From: a virus
Lineage: Duplodnaviria > Caudoviricetes
DNA length: 64,000 nt
Strand: one strand, 5' to 3'
IMG/VR virus record: IMGVR_UViG_3300032233_002382
Coordinates: 128,001-192,000 of that record
Part shown: positions 46,359-55,937 of the stretch, piece after piece
Numbering within the stretch: position 1 is the first letter of the stretch
Layout of the letters: each line of letters opens with the position of its first letter
The notes under the pieces: generated by a model
What the model saw: the letters and a program-made list of their open reading frames with translations, nothing else
The model's database searches: none
Told to the model about the DNA's origin: nothing
Program-made: the position numbers and the translations under genes

Positions 46359-47486
46359 TTAGACAGCAGGATTATATTGGAACGGCCAAGGCATCCAGCA
46401 GTCGCCTACCTTAATATAGTCATATTTCGGCGGCACTCCAACCGGCGCAGCTGGACGGGTCGCTAGCTGCGGGATTACCCCGCTTGCGAGTTTAATGTCT
46501 CGCAAGCGACCCTTGAATTGCTGATGCGAATATAGTGTGAATACCGGTATGTGCCACTCGTTGTAATTACCATCACTTTCATTCTGATCGTTCACGTAGC
46601 CATCGTCTATTAGTCCGCTATAACTTCCGTTTATGGCGCAAGATCCTGCAACTACCTGAACGAAGTCATTACCCGGAGTCGCTTGAGTGGAGCGACCTCT
46701 CATAGCGCCGTAGAATTCCGTCCCAGAGTTGGAACTCGAGAAAATGCTGTAGGAAGGAGAAATCTTAAATGAGTCATAATCTTCGAAAGCGGCAGCTGCA
46801 ACCGAGGGCTGATTATCGTTGGCTCGAATATTATCGATGCGGGTAGCTAGGATAGTCGCGTAAAACTTCTCCGCGTTTGCAGGATTGGTGAAGAAATAGA
46901 AACCGCCACGATTTTGAGAGGCGCTTGTGCAGAGTACGAAATGATTGTAATGAGATAGTTCTACATCCCCATTATTTATGGCATTTCCTGCGTAATACAT
47001 GTTTGCATCCAAAAGGCTATAGCCGAACTCGTCTTCGGCCACAGGTCGAGCTGTAGAACTGGCTGCCACGACATCCGGCAGGGACTGAGAGAAGTAAAAA
47101 TCAGCACCGTTAGGATATAACATGTCGATCGTCATGTACAGATTTAAATCATTCGAAGTAGCATGCGGACTATGCAGAACGATCCAGGATCGAGGCAAAG
47201 TCTTATCAGTCCCGTCGGCACAGACTATCTTGGTCGAGTCGAATGTATTTCCCCAGGTATTTGTGCCGGTAATGTCCTTGACCAGCGAGGTCCCGTTATA
47301 ATAGCAAGAGGCTACCACGGTCCATGCAGCAGGGTTGCCCGTCACTGGATTACCGCCCGAGATTAATCCCGTCAAGCTCTCCACCAACCACCAGATCTGA
47401 TTTTTTGTGATGTCGACGGGATCGACGTAGGTGAAAGCGTCAATCTTATAATCCTGAACCCCTACGTACGTCAATTCGGTGGCCAT
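46359..47486 (-). CDS. Hypothetical virion protein
   Basis: GAGAGG SD; within the tail gene block. Confidence 0.6.
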   Translation of the reverse strand: MATELTYVGVQDYKIDAFTYVDPVDITKNQIWWLVESLTGLISGGNPVTGNPAAWTVVASCYYNGTSLVKDITGTNTWGNTFDSTKIVCADGTDKTLPRSWIVLHSPHATSNDLNLYMTIDMLYPNGADFYFSQSLPDVVAASSTARPVAEDEFGYSLLDANMYYAGNAINNGDVELSHYNHFVLCTSASQNRGGFYFFTNPANAEKFYATILATRIDNIRANDNQPSVAAAAFEDYDSFKISPSYSIFSSSNSGTEFYGAMRGRSTQATPGNDFVQVVAGSCAINGSYSGLIDDGYVNDQNESDGNYNEWHIPVFTLYSHQQFKGRLRDIKLASGVIPQLATRPAAPVGVPPKYDYIKVGDCWMPWPFQYNPAV

Positions 47487-47496
47487 GCTTATCCTC

Positions 47497-50400
47497 TCAT
47501 TTGGTGATCAGTATCGGTATATCAATGACCTCTAAGTGTGAGGTCTTCTTGTTTACGTGGCTTCCAAAATTTTTAAGAATATCGAAAGCCAAAGATACGG
47601 CGACGTTATAGCTATCCTTGAGATCTGACTGTTCCGGTATATCGACGACATCTCGACTGCCGTGAGCCAAAGCTAACAATCCGGGAGCTCCAACGCCACA
47701 GGGTATGTGACTATCGAAGAGCACACTGCGAGCTTGTAAGACTGCTTGAGCTGAAGTGATCTCATCTGTAGCTACTGTACTATATAAAGCGTCGAAACTT
47801 CTAAAGTCTTCGGTTCGGTGCACCTGCTGACCGTCAAAAGTAGAAAGAGATTTATTTGTGTGTGAGCGTATGTTAGATATTATAGTGTTTATTTCGGATA
47901 TTATGGTGTCTGATTGCGGTTGAGCTAAAACACCAAAGCCTAGTACATAAACCGCAGTCGAAGGTGTATAGGCAAATTGGTCATCAGACGTGTGGAGTGT
48001 TAAATCAGAGAGGTGGGAATTTAGAGAGTCCCTTAATGAATTCATGAGCCTAATGGCAAATTCCCAGTTTTCATAGAAAGCCACGGACGGAATGAAATCA
48101 GTGGGCGAATGGAAATTACCACCCGTGTTGTTGATGTGGCCAGACAACCTAGCTTGCAGAGCGTTTACAAGTGGAATCAAAGATGCCAATGTATTTGTAG
48201 CATTAGCCGGGAGCGAAGTGTTTATGGTATCTGGCAACAGATGTATGGGTGTCGAATTGAACGTTGTTAGTGGAATATGAGCCAGATATGCGGCCTTCAG
48301 GGCGTTCGCTACACTGCATGCCGATAGGATATCTGTTGCATAGCTGTTAATAGCTATGGCGTCATAGACTCCCAGGTGATAGTCGTTACCAGTAGGTTCA
48401 TTCCTTATATGCTCATTGAAAACTGTAACCAGAAAATTCACGGCCGCAATGTAGTCGGGAGTATAATCGATCTGTGTCGGCTTGTAAGCTAAGTGAGCGA
48501 AATCTGAGTTAATATGTGCTTCGACTTTTTTGGCTACGCGGTTATAGTAATCGATGGTGCCTTGCAGAGTGAGCGGGAACTCAGGTTCGATGATGTGAGC
48601 AGTATCAGCTATATTGTGGAATTGCTTTGATCCTGGTGGTGAGTAGTTGCTTAAGTGGCGGTTATACACTTCGATGAAACTATTCAACCAGGATGTGAAG
48701 GTCTCGTAGTCTGGGTAGACTGATCCGACAAAATCGAAAGTATCAGACAGTTTGTGTGTATTGTTAGCGGTCTTCACGATGTGATCGTTATATTTAGATT
48801 CTAGGTTCTTTAGTGTGGCGTTCAATAACTCAACGTTGCCTATAAAGGTCGTAGCTTCCGAGGCCAGAACTGTATTGGTGGTGTCGTCCTCGAGCGACTC
48901 CATGTTGCCACGCGCATCTATCACGTCATTTACGCTTGCTAGAGATCCGACGGGAGTCGCGGATGTAATCAATCCGCCTCTTGACTCCAGATTCTGCGTA
49001 GATATGAACGACGGAGTCCCATCTAAAAGAATTTCTCCGGACGACAACGCATCTTCAGTTAAGAAATCAGTCTCCGGAGTTCCCGAGGAGTAAGCAATCT
49101 TTCCGTTATGCGCATGAGTTAATTTCGATTTCAGATGTTCAGAAGATGTAACCACATTTGCAGCGTTTAGAACGCTGTGTGGCGGAACGAATCCATCCGT
49201 AAGTGTTTCAACACCGATCGAATATTTAATGTCATACCAAACCGTTCTACTAATCTCTAGTGGATTAAACGAACCAAAAGCTATAAATTTACCAGATGGC
49301 ACTACATTCGCCAAAAAGTCCAGGTCATCAATAGGTAGAGATAGAACGTCATAGCTTGCGGAGATAGCGGGGACTTGATCACCGTTAACATATACAGTAA
49401 CGCCTGATATCGGGTCTCTTACAAGACGGTATGTCTTAGGTACTGTCCAGTCTAATTCATGTAAATAATAAGAGGATAAATCGTTTACACTGCCTCCCCG
49501 ATATATACCAATATAGCGGTTAGCATCGAGGTTAGAATAGTGAATTGCGCTGATCGAATCCCATTCTGTGATAGATCTGGAGTACCGAAGATCGCAGTTA
49601 GTGACGGGAGATGAACCAGTTCCAAAGATTACCGATGGTCCATAGAATCCATATTCAAAGGCACTATACGGTACACCAGCGCCTAAGAGAACGCTGTCGG
49701 CCCAGAACGTCACGATCTGTGATGCCTTATCAGTGAAAATGTTGTATGTGTGGAATTCTCCATCGTTCCACCTAAATGGGAACGCAGCGACCTGCTTAAG
49801 TGAAAATTCTGACGTTTCACCATCGACCACGTAAGTCAATATATTAAGATAAGGCTCGTCGTTATTGTCTACTGATAGATGAACTTCAATGTTTTTCCCA
49901 TAGATACCGTAACTTGCAGTTGGTCCTTCATCGATCGAAAATGCAGCGCCACAAAAGTGCAAGTTGGAACCAGATTCGACAATATCGCCCTTGATATAGG
50001 ACTCGACTCTAAGCCTTACATCGAATTTCCAGTCATCCGACGGAAGAATGACTTTGGTCATGATTAACGGGTCGACACATGAATATGACTTGTAGTCCGT
50101 AGTACTATTATCTTCGATACGTAGAATCCGGCCTACCATAAACACTGGCTGATTTCCAGATTCGATCCAGACAGGGTAACTTCTATTCGGGAAGTTCATA
50201 CCCGACCAAGACATCTTCGGTTCGGGTGATGAGTCAGTACCGAATACTTTGCCTTGCATAAATCCGAGCTTCGACCAAAGATTACCGCTAATTAAATTTA
50301 TGGAGCTGCTTGCGCCCTTGGTAGGACTGGTTAGAACTATCGCCTTGCTTCCATACTGATTTGCAACCGTAGTAGCTACGCTTCCGTTTAAACTTGCATT

Positions 50401-53136
50401 AATTAGATCCGCAACTGATTGCGCGGAAGTCAACGGAGAAGGTCCGGTATTGGTTATGGTGATCTGATTAGACCCATCTATCTCAATATAGCCTAAATCG
50501 CCAGGGTTGATACTGAAACTGCCTTCGTAATTAGTTCCTGAAATCGTGGCGGGCTTCGGATTCGCTTGTAAAAAACAGAATTGAGTGCTGTATTGACCAT
50601 CCCCGATGCTAACACTATATGATCTATTATCGATACCGAAGCTGTAATAATTTCCATAAGTCTTAAAATCAACACTTATGAGGTTTTTAGGGGTGGCGGT
50701 TGGTTCAACCCGGAGGTATCCTCTGAATTCTCCCGTTACGTATCCAGTAAAAGGGACATCGACACTTGGAATACTACTGGTTGAGTCTACGACAAGACGA
50801 TTCGGGCTCGTCTTGAGGTATTCAGTACCACCCTGGCCGACGGTGATCCAAGGGTAAGAAGTATCGAATTCAGGTAAGGTCGAAGCTTCATATGTAACTG
50901 TTTTATTCTTACCCACCTGCCTCCGAGCCAGAGGGATGACACTCGCTCTAATAAATTTCCAAGTCGACTGGTTCGTAGCCGCATCCTGCAACGAACCGAA
51001 AAATACTTGGTATAAGTTGTCAAACACAAGGTCTTGGTCGGCAGCGTTAGGTAGATCTTCATATCTTACGACAGAACCTGGAGTAAGACTCCCGCTCAAT
51101 GATAAAGACACATCACCTACTTCATTTCGGAACATCAAATATGAAGTTTCGACACTCCAGTCATACGGAAATAGATTCCAGCTATACTGATTCTCAGAGG
51201 GCCCGCGAGAGGTTAACAACCCTACCTGTTTTACTTGAACCACTGTGTTTGTGGTGTCGTTATTGTAATGAACGTCTGCACGAACAAGATGATGGTTAAA
51301 AGAAGACACGATACTGTTAACGGTAGCGATGGCAGAGTCTTCATCAATCGGAGCCGGGATAAGAATCGAGTCCAAAGCGTCAACGTTTTTGTGAATGTTA
51401 GCAGGACCCTGGATGATATGATTATTGAATTTCGAAATTAAGTCGCCGCAAAGCGTTATAAGGCTGTCTAAATCAACGGCATCGTTGGCCGATAACTGAT
51501 CCTGAACCAAATCATCATTAGGAGCATGAACACCAGTCTCTGCCAAATGGGCGGAATATTTTGATTTAAGCTGATTAGCGATCAAGATCGCGGAGCCTAA
51601 ATTAGTCGCATCAGTGTATAACAGACCCGCAATCGAAGCTTTTTGACCGTCCGTGATACCGAATCCGACGCCCGTGTCATTGCCGTCCGTTATAAAGGAC
51701 TCGCGATCCGCCAAGGAAGAGAGTCTAGCAACTAAATATACATAGCTAGAGTATGTTAAATCAATTGAGTACGAATAAAATGGGCTGCCTAGTGCAATGT
51801 CGACTTCACTACTGTTATCAAGTAAGACAAGTCCTCCGTTGTTAGGAATTAAGCTTGTCTGGCCCACTCCGTTAAACATCCATGGATTGACTTGATTTTC
51901 GGGTAAAACAATCGGATCATACCTGATATAAGTCGGAGGGGTGACATCTTCGAATACGGGAAACATGATCCGATTTGTCGGAACATTGAGCAATAGCGTG
52001 TTGGGATCGTTTAAAGATGCCGTATAACTACGTTCGAAACCCTTGTATTTTATGCTCGTCGTTTTCGGGGAATATGGAGAGATTATGTCAGATGACGCAA
52101 CGACTGGATTCACTAAAAATGATCGCTGTCTATACAGATGATCAGGAAAGCCCGATTTACCACGATTCTTTTCCTGGTTCAGCACGAATTCGAAACTATT
52201 TAGTCGCTCGAATTGACTCGGCGGATTCACCAAGTAACTGTAGTCCAGCTTGACTTGATCTCCTGTGTTCGGTATGTCAGTCAATACAACTGCGCCTAAT
52301 GACCCATAGACTGCGTCTACAGAGGCCGGAACATCATTTACGGTTACAAAAACATCGGCGGCGTCGTCAGCTATCTGGCCTAGTCTCGGGTCGAAAATCG
52401 TATAAGAAAAAGGTCCGGCTTTTACGATGAAATCTGATAGTTTAATCTGAGGAAGCAGGTATAAGTTCGTGTTATCTTCAGAAACATGGAAAGTTAAGTT
52501 CGACCTGTGATCATTATACCTACGAACACATAGATTAAACGTATTTACGATAGGAACTAAATCGACATTATTAAGATCTTGAATTTGAGAGTATATTTTG
52601 TAATTTGGATCAGCAAAATAATGTATGCTTGGATCGTAAGGCGGACCGACTAACGGTCCGTTATTAGCATGTTGCTCCAAAGACGTGAGCAGTTCGACCA
52701 AGACATATTTGTACGAAAATGCGTCTATGGCATCCGAATCTAAATTGTTGTATACATCGGGATTTAAATGGAAATCGGAGCTTAATATATGATCGTTGAA
52801 TAATGATCTTAGTGTCGTTATATTTTGTATTAGAGTCGATTCTAAGCTATCTCGATCTAATAGATCAAAATTAGAGCCGCGAACTCTTAGTCTTCTAGGA
52901 TTGACGATCTCTACAATCTCATATCGACCGGAAAAGGGACCTGAATTGATATTCAAATCCTTACCGAGATAACTATCATCGAATATTTGCGTCGAAATTT
53001 CTACAACGTCATTAGATATGACTGAACAGTTATTTCCGAACAAAACGGGGACCGGCGGTTTAACGATAGTAGCCTTATTCGCAAAAATGGTGCGGTCTAA
53101 CGTAGATGGAGTGCCTATGAAATTGACGTTCGGCAT
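47497..53136 (-). CDS. 1879-aa virion protein with 16 His-pair helical repeats
   Basis: For example NQLKSKYSAHLAETGVHAPND and NALKAAYLAH...IHLLPD. Confidence 0.7.
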   Translation of the reverse strand: MPNVNFIGTPSTLDRTIFANKATIVKPPVPVLFGNNCSVISNDVVEISTQIFDDSYLGKDLNINSGPFSGRYEIVEIVNPRRLRVRGSNFDLLDRDSLESTLIQNITTLRSLFNDHILSSDFHLNPDVYNNLDSDAIDAFSYKYVLVELLTSLEQHANNGPLVGPPYDPSIHYFADPNYKIYSQIQDLNNVDLVPIVNTFNLCVRRYNDHRSNLTFHVSEDNTNLYLLPQIKLSDFIVKAGPFSYTIFDPRLGQIADDAADVFVTVNDVPASVDAVYGSLGAVVLTDIPNTGDQVKLDYSYLVNPPSQFERLNSFEFVLNQEKNRGKSGFPDHLYRQRSFLVNPVVASSDIISPYSPKTTSIKYKGFERSYTASLNDPNTLLLNVPTNRIMFPVFEDVTPPTYIRYDPIVLPENQVNPWMFNGVGQTSLIPNNGGLVLLDNSSEVDIALGSPFYSYSIDLTYSSYVYLVARLSSLADRESFITDGNDTGVGFGITDGQKASIAGLLYTDATNLGSAILIANQLKSKYSAHLAETGVHAPNDDLVQDQLSANDAVDLDSLITLCGDLISKFNNHIIQGPANIHKNVDALDSILIPAPIDEDSAIATVNSIVSSFNHHLVRADVHYNNDTTNTVVQVKQVGLLTSRGPSENQYSWNLFPYDWSVETSYLMFRNEVGDVSLSLSGSLTPGSVVRYEDLPNAADQDLVFDNLYQVFFGSLQDAATNQSTWKFIRASVIPLARRQVGKNKTVTYEASTLPEFDTSYPWITVGQGGTEYLKTSPNRLVVDSTSSIPSVDVPFTGYVTGEFRGYLRVEPTATPKNLISVDFKTYGNYYSFGIDNRSYSVSIGDGQYSTQFCFLQANPKPATISGTNYEGSFSINPGDLGYIEIDGSNQITITNTGPSPLTSAQSVADLINASLNGSVATTVANQYGSKAIVLTSPTKGASSSINLISGNLWSKLGFMQGKVFGTDSSPEPKMSWSGMNFPNRSYPVWIESGNQPVFMVGRILRIEDNSTTDYKSYSCVDPLIMTKVILPSDDWKFDVRLRVESYIKGDIVESGSNLHFCGAAFSIDEGPTASYGIYGKNIEVHLSVDNNDEPYLNILTYVVDGETSEFSLKQVAAFPFRWNDGEFHTYNIFTDKASQIVTFWADSVLLGAGVPYSAFEYGFYGPSVIFGTGSSPVTNCDLRYSRSITEWDSISAIHYSNLDANRYIGIYRGGSVNDLSSYYLHELDWTVPKTYRLVRDPISGVTVYVNGDQVPAISASYDVLSLPIDDLDFLANVVPSGKFIAFGSFNPLEISRTVWYDIKYSIGVETLTDGFVPPHSVLNAANVVTSSEHLKSKLTHAHNGKIAYSSGTPETDFLTEDALSSGEILLDGTPSFISTQNLESRGGLITSATPVGSLASVNDVIDARGNMESLEDDTTNTVLASEATTFIGNVELLNATLKNLESKYNDHIVKTANNTHKLSDTFDFVGSVYPDYETFTSWLNSFIEVYNRHLSNYSPPGSKQFHNIADTAHIIEPEFPLTLQGTIDYYNRVAKKVEAHINSDFAHLAYKPTQIDYTPDYIAAVNFLVTVFNEHIRNEPTGNDYHLGVYDAIAINSYATDILSACSVANALKAAYLAHIPLTTFNSTPIHLLPDTINTSLPANATNTLASLIPLVNALQARLSGHINNTGGNFHSPTDFIPSVAFYENWEFAIRLMNSLRDSLNSHLSDLTLHTSDDQFAYTPSTAVYVLGFGVLAQPQSDTIISEINTIISNIRSHTNKSLSTFDGQQVHRTEDFRSFDALYSTVATDEITSAQAVLQARSVLFDSHIPCGVGAPGLLALAHGSRDVVDIPEQSDLKDSYNVAVSLAFDILKNFGSHVNKKTSHLEVIDIPILITK

Positions 53137-55187
53137 TATGGCACCAAATTTCCGACGGTATCTTTTAACCCCGTCAGAGATAACGAATAAGATTTTTGGC
53201 GCATCTTGTTCACGTTAAAGAGCAAGCGAGTTGGAGATGGCCATTTAAAGCTAGTAACTTCCAAAGGCGGAGCCACTGATGTAAATGAATAACTAAAACT
53301 TTGTTTTGTGTCTATGGCTTTTGAAAAGTAGACCTCCACTTCATCGGAACGAATCACTTCACCGTTAAATTCTAATCTTAAACCAGGGACAGGAAGAGCG
53401 ACAGCAACATATGGAGGATAGTCCAAACCGATTATAACATCCGATAAGCCATAGAATATGTCGTTAGTGTTTCCAGTTTCATTGTCTGAAACCAATACAT
53501 TCGCTTTAAATGTTAACTGATAAGGCTGTCCAATGAGCTGATTGGGTTCTGATGTGATGATTTGGTCAGAAAGACCTGCACTCAACCATGATAGCCTTAA
53601 ACCTTGATGGATGAATTCATTCTGTGTATGACGAATGAAGTAATTGGCTAAAGAGCCTATTAAATCGAGTAGAGTCGATAAATCGACGGCATCTGGCGTT
53701 GAAAACACTTGATAATCTGCAACGTTCCCATGGTACTCTGCAGTTGTGCTATGAGTAAGAATCCTTAGTTTAAGTAGATTGGCTGACGATATGAGATCAG
53801 ATAGAGTCGTGCCCGGAATTGTCTCAGAAATCATATTAACGAGGTCTACAGTAGAATGGGACGACGCATTCTTGCGGTGACCATCGAAAGAAGTCCACAA
53901 GTTATTTAATAACCAGTATAAACTATATATGGAGATAGAATTCTCACTTGGTGATTGATGATTTAAGGGATATGATACGCTTGGTGGTGATGACAATACG
54001 AAGCCTACATCATGCCGCGCCAAAAAACCGACAGAAGGAACCGACACCAGTTTTAACGGTTTCGGGATCGAACCGGAAGGTCGTGGACTGGAGGAACCGG
54101 TTGTAGACGGAACAGTCTCAGATAAACCATCCTCGGATTTAATTTTAGCCGAAATCAATATTTTAGGATTTCGAATGCCAGATCGGACCCGTAAGTCTAC
54201 ATGCCAAAAGTACTGCGCATCTGGACACGCAGATTCACTCGATGCATAATCGTAGGATATGTAAGAATTTATCCAGGAAGCGCTAATGTTTATGAATTCA
54301 GCTGGAAGCCCGTCGACTATCATGTTCCAGTTGCTAGTATTCTTCGCCGATGCGATTTGAACTGGAACGTTAAAGAAAGCTCTCACATTTACATATGAAT
54401 TAAATGGATCATTATGATCGTAGAACCAATCGGTAATCCGAGAAAATAATAACCTAATAGACTTTAGTTTAGGAAAATCGATCGGTCTCGGTATTTCTTG
54501 CGGGACAATAAAGGGAACCGACCCATTCGAAGTATTAAGACTCGTATCTTTTATCGCGCTATATGTGACCAGATAATTTGAGTTTGTTGGGTCTATAGCA
54601 TCGATTTTGAACAAAAGGAGGTTCGGTGGAATTAGATCAGTATTTGGCACCCATGTAAGTGGTTTTACCTTAGTTAAATCATCTTGAGGACTTATACTTG
54701 CTGTAGCCGCCGTCGTATATGGGAATACAACACGATCATATTCGATAACTAAGTATCCTTCTTTATGCGAATATGCTCCAATTGCAATCGCATAATCCGG
54801 AACTGTAGCTACAAAGTTATAAGCTCCGACATTGACACCACCAATCCCATCATAAGCAGTAACCCCGAAGATTTCGAGGGAATATGTGGAGTTTAAAGTT
54901 AAGCTTTTCTTAAAGATAAGTTCGTACTGCATATTGTCGAGCTCATATGGTCGAACCGTTTCGATCTCCGGCAAAAAAGATCCTGGCGTAATGACTGAAA
55001 GCCTGTAGCTATCGACACTTAGTGCTAAACCGTCGTTTACTGGTCTCGCATACTTAATTCGAATCGATTTGCTAGTCAGACTATGAAGTATGACGCCGAA
55101 AGCCTGCGTTCCGAACTCATTCACGAGTCCGGGAACTAAAGTTCCGGGTTGAGCGTCTACACTTCCGATCGTTCCAGCGAAAGGCAT
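53136..55187 (-). CDS. Virion protein with Ig-like segments and three His-pair repeats
   Basis: IRIKYARPV...DSYRL Ig-like pattern; NLLKLRILTH...YHGNVAD. Confidence 0.6.
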   Translation of the reverse strand: MPFAGTIGSVDAQPGTLVPGLVNEFGTQAFGVILHSLTSKSIRIKYARPVNDGLALSVDSYRLSVITPGSFLPEIETVRPYELDNMQYELIFKKSLTLNSTYSLEIFGVTAYDGIGGVNVGAYNFVATVPDYAIAIGAYSHKEGYLVIEYDRVVFPYTTAATASISPQDDLTKVKPLTWVPNTDLIPPNLLLFKIDAIDPTNSNYLVTYSAIKDTSLNTSNGSVPFIVPQEIPRPIDFPKLKSIRLLFSRITDWFYDHNDPFNSYVNVRAFFNVPVQIASAKNTSNWNMIVDGLPAEFINISASWINSYISYDYASSESACPDAQYFWHVDLRVRSGIRNPKILISAKIKSEDGLSETVPSTTGSSSPRPSGSIPKPLKLVSVPSVGFLARHDVGFVLSSPPSVSYPLNHQSPSENSISIYSLYWLLNNLWTSFDGHRKNASSHSTVDLVNMISETIPGTTLSDLISSANLLKLRILTHSTTAEYHGNVADYQVFSTPDAVDLSTLLDLIGSLANYFIRHTQNEFIHQGLRLSWLSAGLSDQIITSEPNQLIGQPYQLTFKANVLVSDNETGNTNDIFYGLSDVIIGLDYPPYVAVALPVPGLRLEFNGEVIRSDEVEVYFSKAIDTKQSFSYSFTSVAPPLEVTSFKWPSPTRLLFNVNKMRQKSYSLSLTGLKDTVGNLVP

Positions 55188-55192
55188 GTTAT

Positions 55193-55199
55193 ATTTTAC
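55193..55199 (-). promoter_or_regulatory. Putative -10 element (GTAAAAT), possibly leaderless start at 55187
   Basis: TAnnnT-N5-ATG, directly downstream of a perfect hairpin. Confidence 0.5.
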
Positions 55200-55223
55200 C
55201 TACTAATAATGCTTCAAATATTC

Positions 55224-55258
55224 CGATGGCCTATGAGCTCCGAGCTCATAGGCCATCG
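55224..55258 (-). terminator. Perfect 17-bp inverted repeat, probable terminator
   Basis: CGATGGCCTATGAGCTC-C-GAGCTCATAGGCCATCG. Confidence 0.7.
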
Positions 55259-55266
55259 AAAAACCG

Positions 55267-55554
55267 TTATTCCTTAACGTTTAGCTCTAAATACTGAGTA
55301 GCGACATCTGCGATATAACAAAAGGCCGAAGAACCAAACGCCATGGCGACTGCGGCGCTAAGACCTGATAAGACGGACCCATAAGAGTGAACCGGAAAAG
55401 TTATTATGAACGTCAAGTATCCAGCATGAAACCCCGTGCAGTAAGAACACTTCAGAAGGTCCTTAAAGAACGGCTTTTTATGTAGGAACGCTATCTTGTT
55501 CATTAGCCCAAAAGCAATGCCGTAAGCCACTAGAAGATCGAATAGTATGTACAT
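55267..55554 (-). CDS. Small membrane protein with CxxC (DUF1360-like)
   Basis: Hydrophobic segments and LLKCSYCTGFH. Confidence 0.55.
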   Translation of the reverse strand: MYILFDLLVAYGIAFGLMNKIAFLHKKPFFKDLLKCSYCTGFHAGYLTFIITFPVHSYGSVLSGLSAAVAMAFGSSAFCYIADVATQYLELNVKE

Positions 55555-55875
55555 TTATTCCTCCGTAGTTCTACGCGAAGATGACCGCGTGCGTTTAGTG
55601 GAGTCGATCGGGGCGAGTCTGCAGCAAGAAGTCTTCGCAGACGCTGCGAATATTTTGACGCTGTCGGGAACACCATCGTTGTCGCAGTCAAAGCCTAAAT
55701 CAAGACGCTGAGTATTTAGAGCTTCGACTATTAGATCTCTTTCAGCTGCAGCCTGCGCCGGAACCGCGACAATACCTTTAGTTCGAAGGTGTTCAATCTG
55801 CATAAGCCTCAGTATTGCTTCGCCTAAGCCCATTTGCATGACTTTAGCAAATTTTTTATCTTTAGCAGGTCCCAT
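55555..55875 (-). CDS. Hypothetical protein with Ca-binding-like loop
   Basis: DCDNDGVPD; GGGGTG SD. Confidence 0.55.
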   Translation of the reverse strand: MGPAKDKKFAKVMQMGLGEAILRLMQIEHLRTKGIVAVPAQAAAERDLIVEALNTQRLDLGFDCDNDGVPDSVKIFAASAKTSCCRLAPIDSTKRTRSSSRRTTEE

Positions 55876-55890
55876 TTACACCCCATATAC

Positions 55891-55926
55891 AACACAGCCA
55901 GAGAGATTGCTCTCTCTGGCTGTGTT
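55891..55926 (-). terminator. 16-bp perfect stem with GCAA (GNRA) tetraloop
   Basis: AACACAGCCAGAGAGA-TTGC-TCTCTCTGGCTGTGTT; the loop reads GCAA on the transcribed minus strand. Confidence 0.75.
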
Positions 55927-55937
55927 AGAATTAAGGT

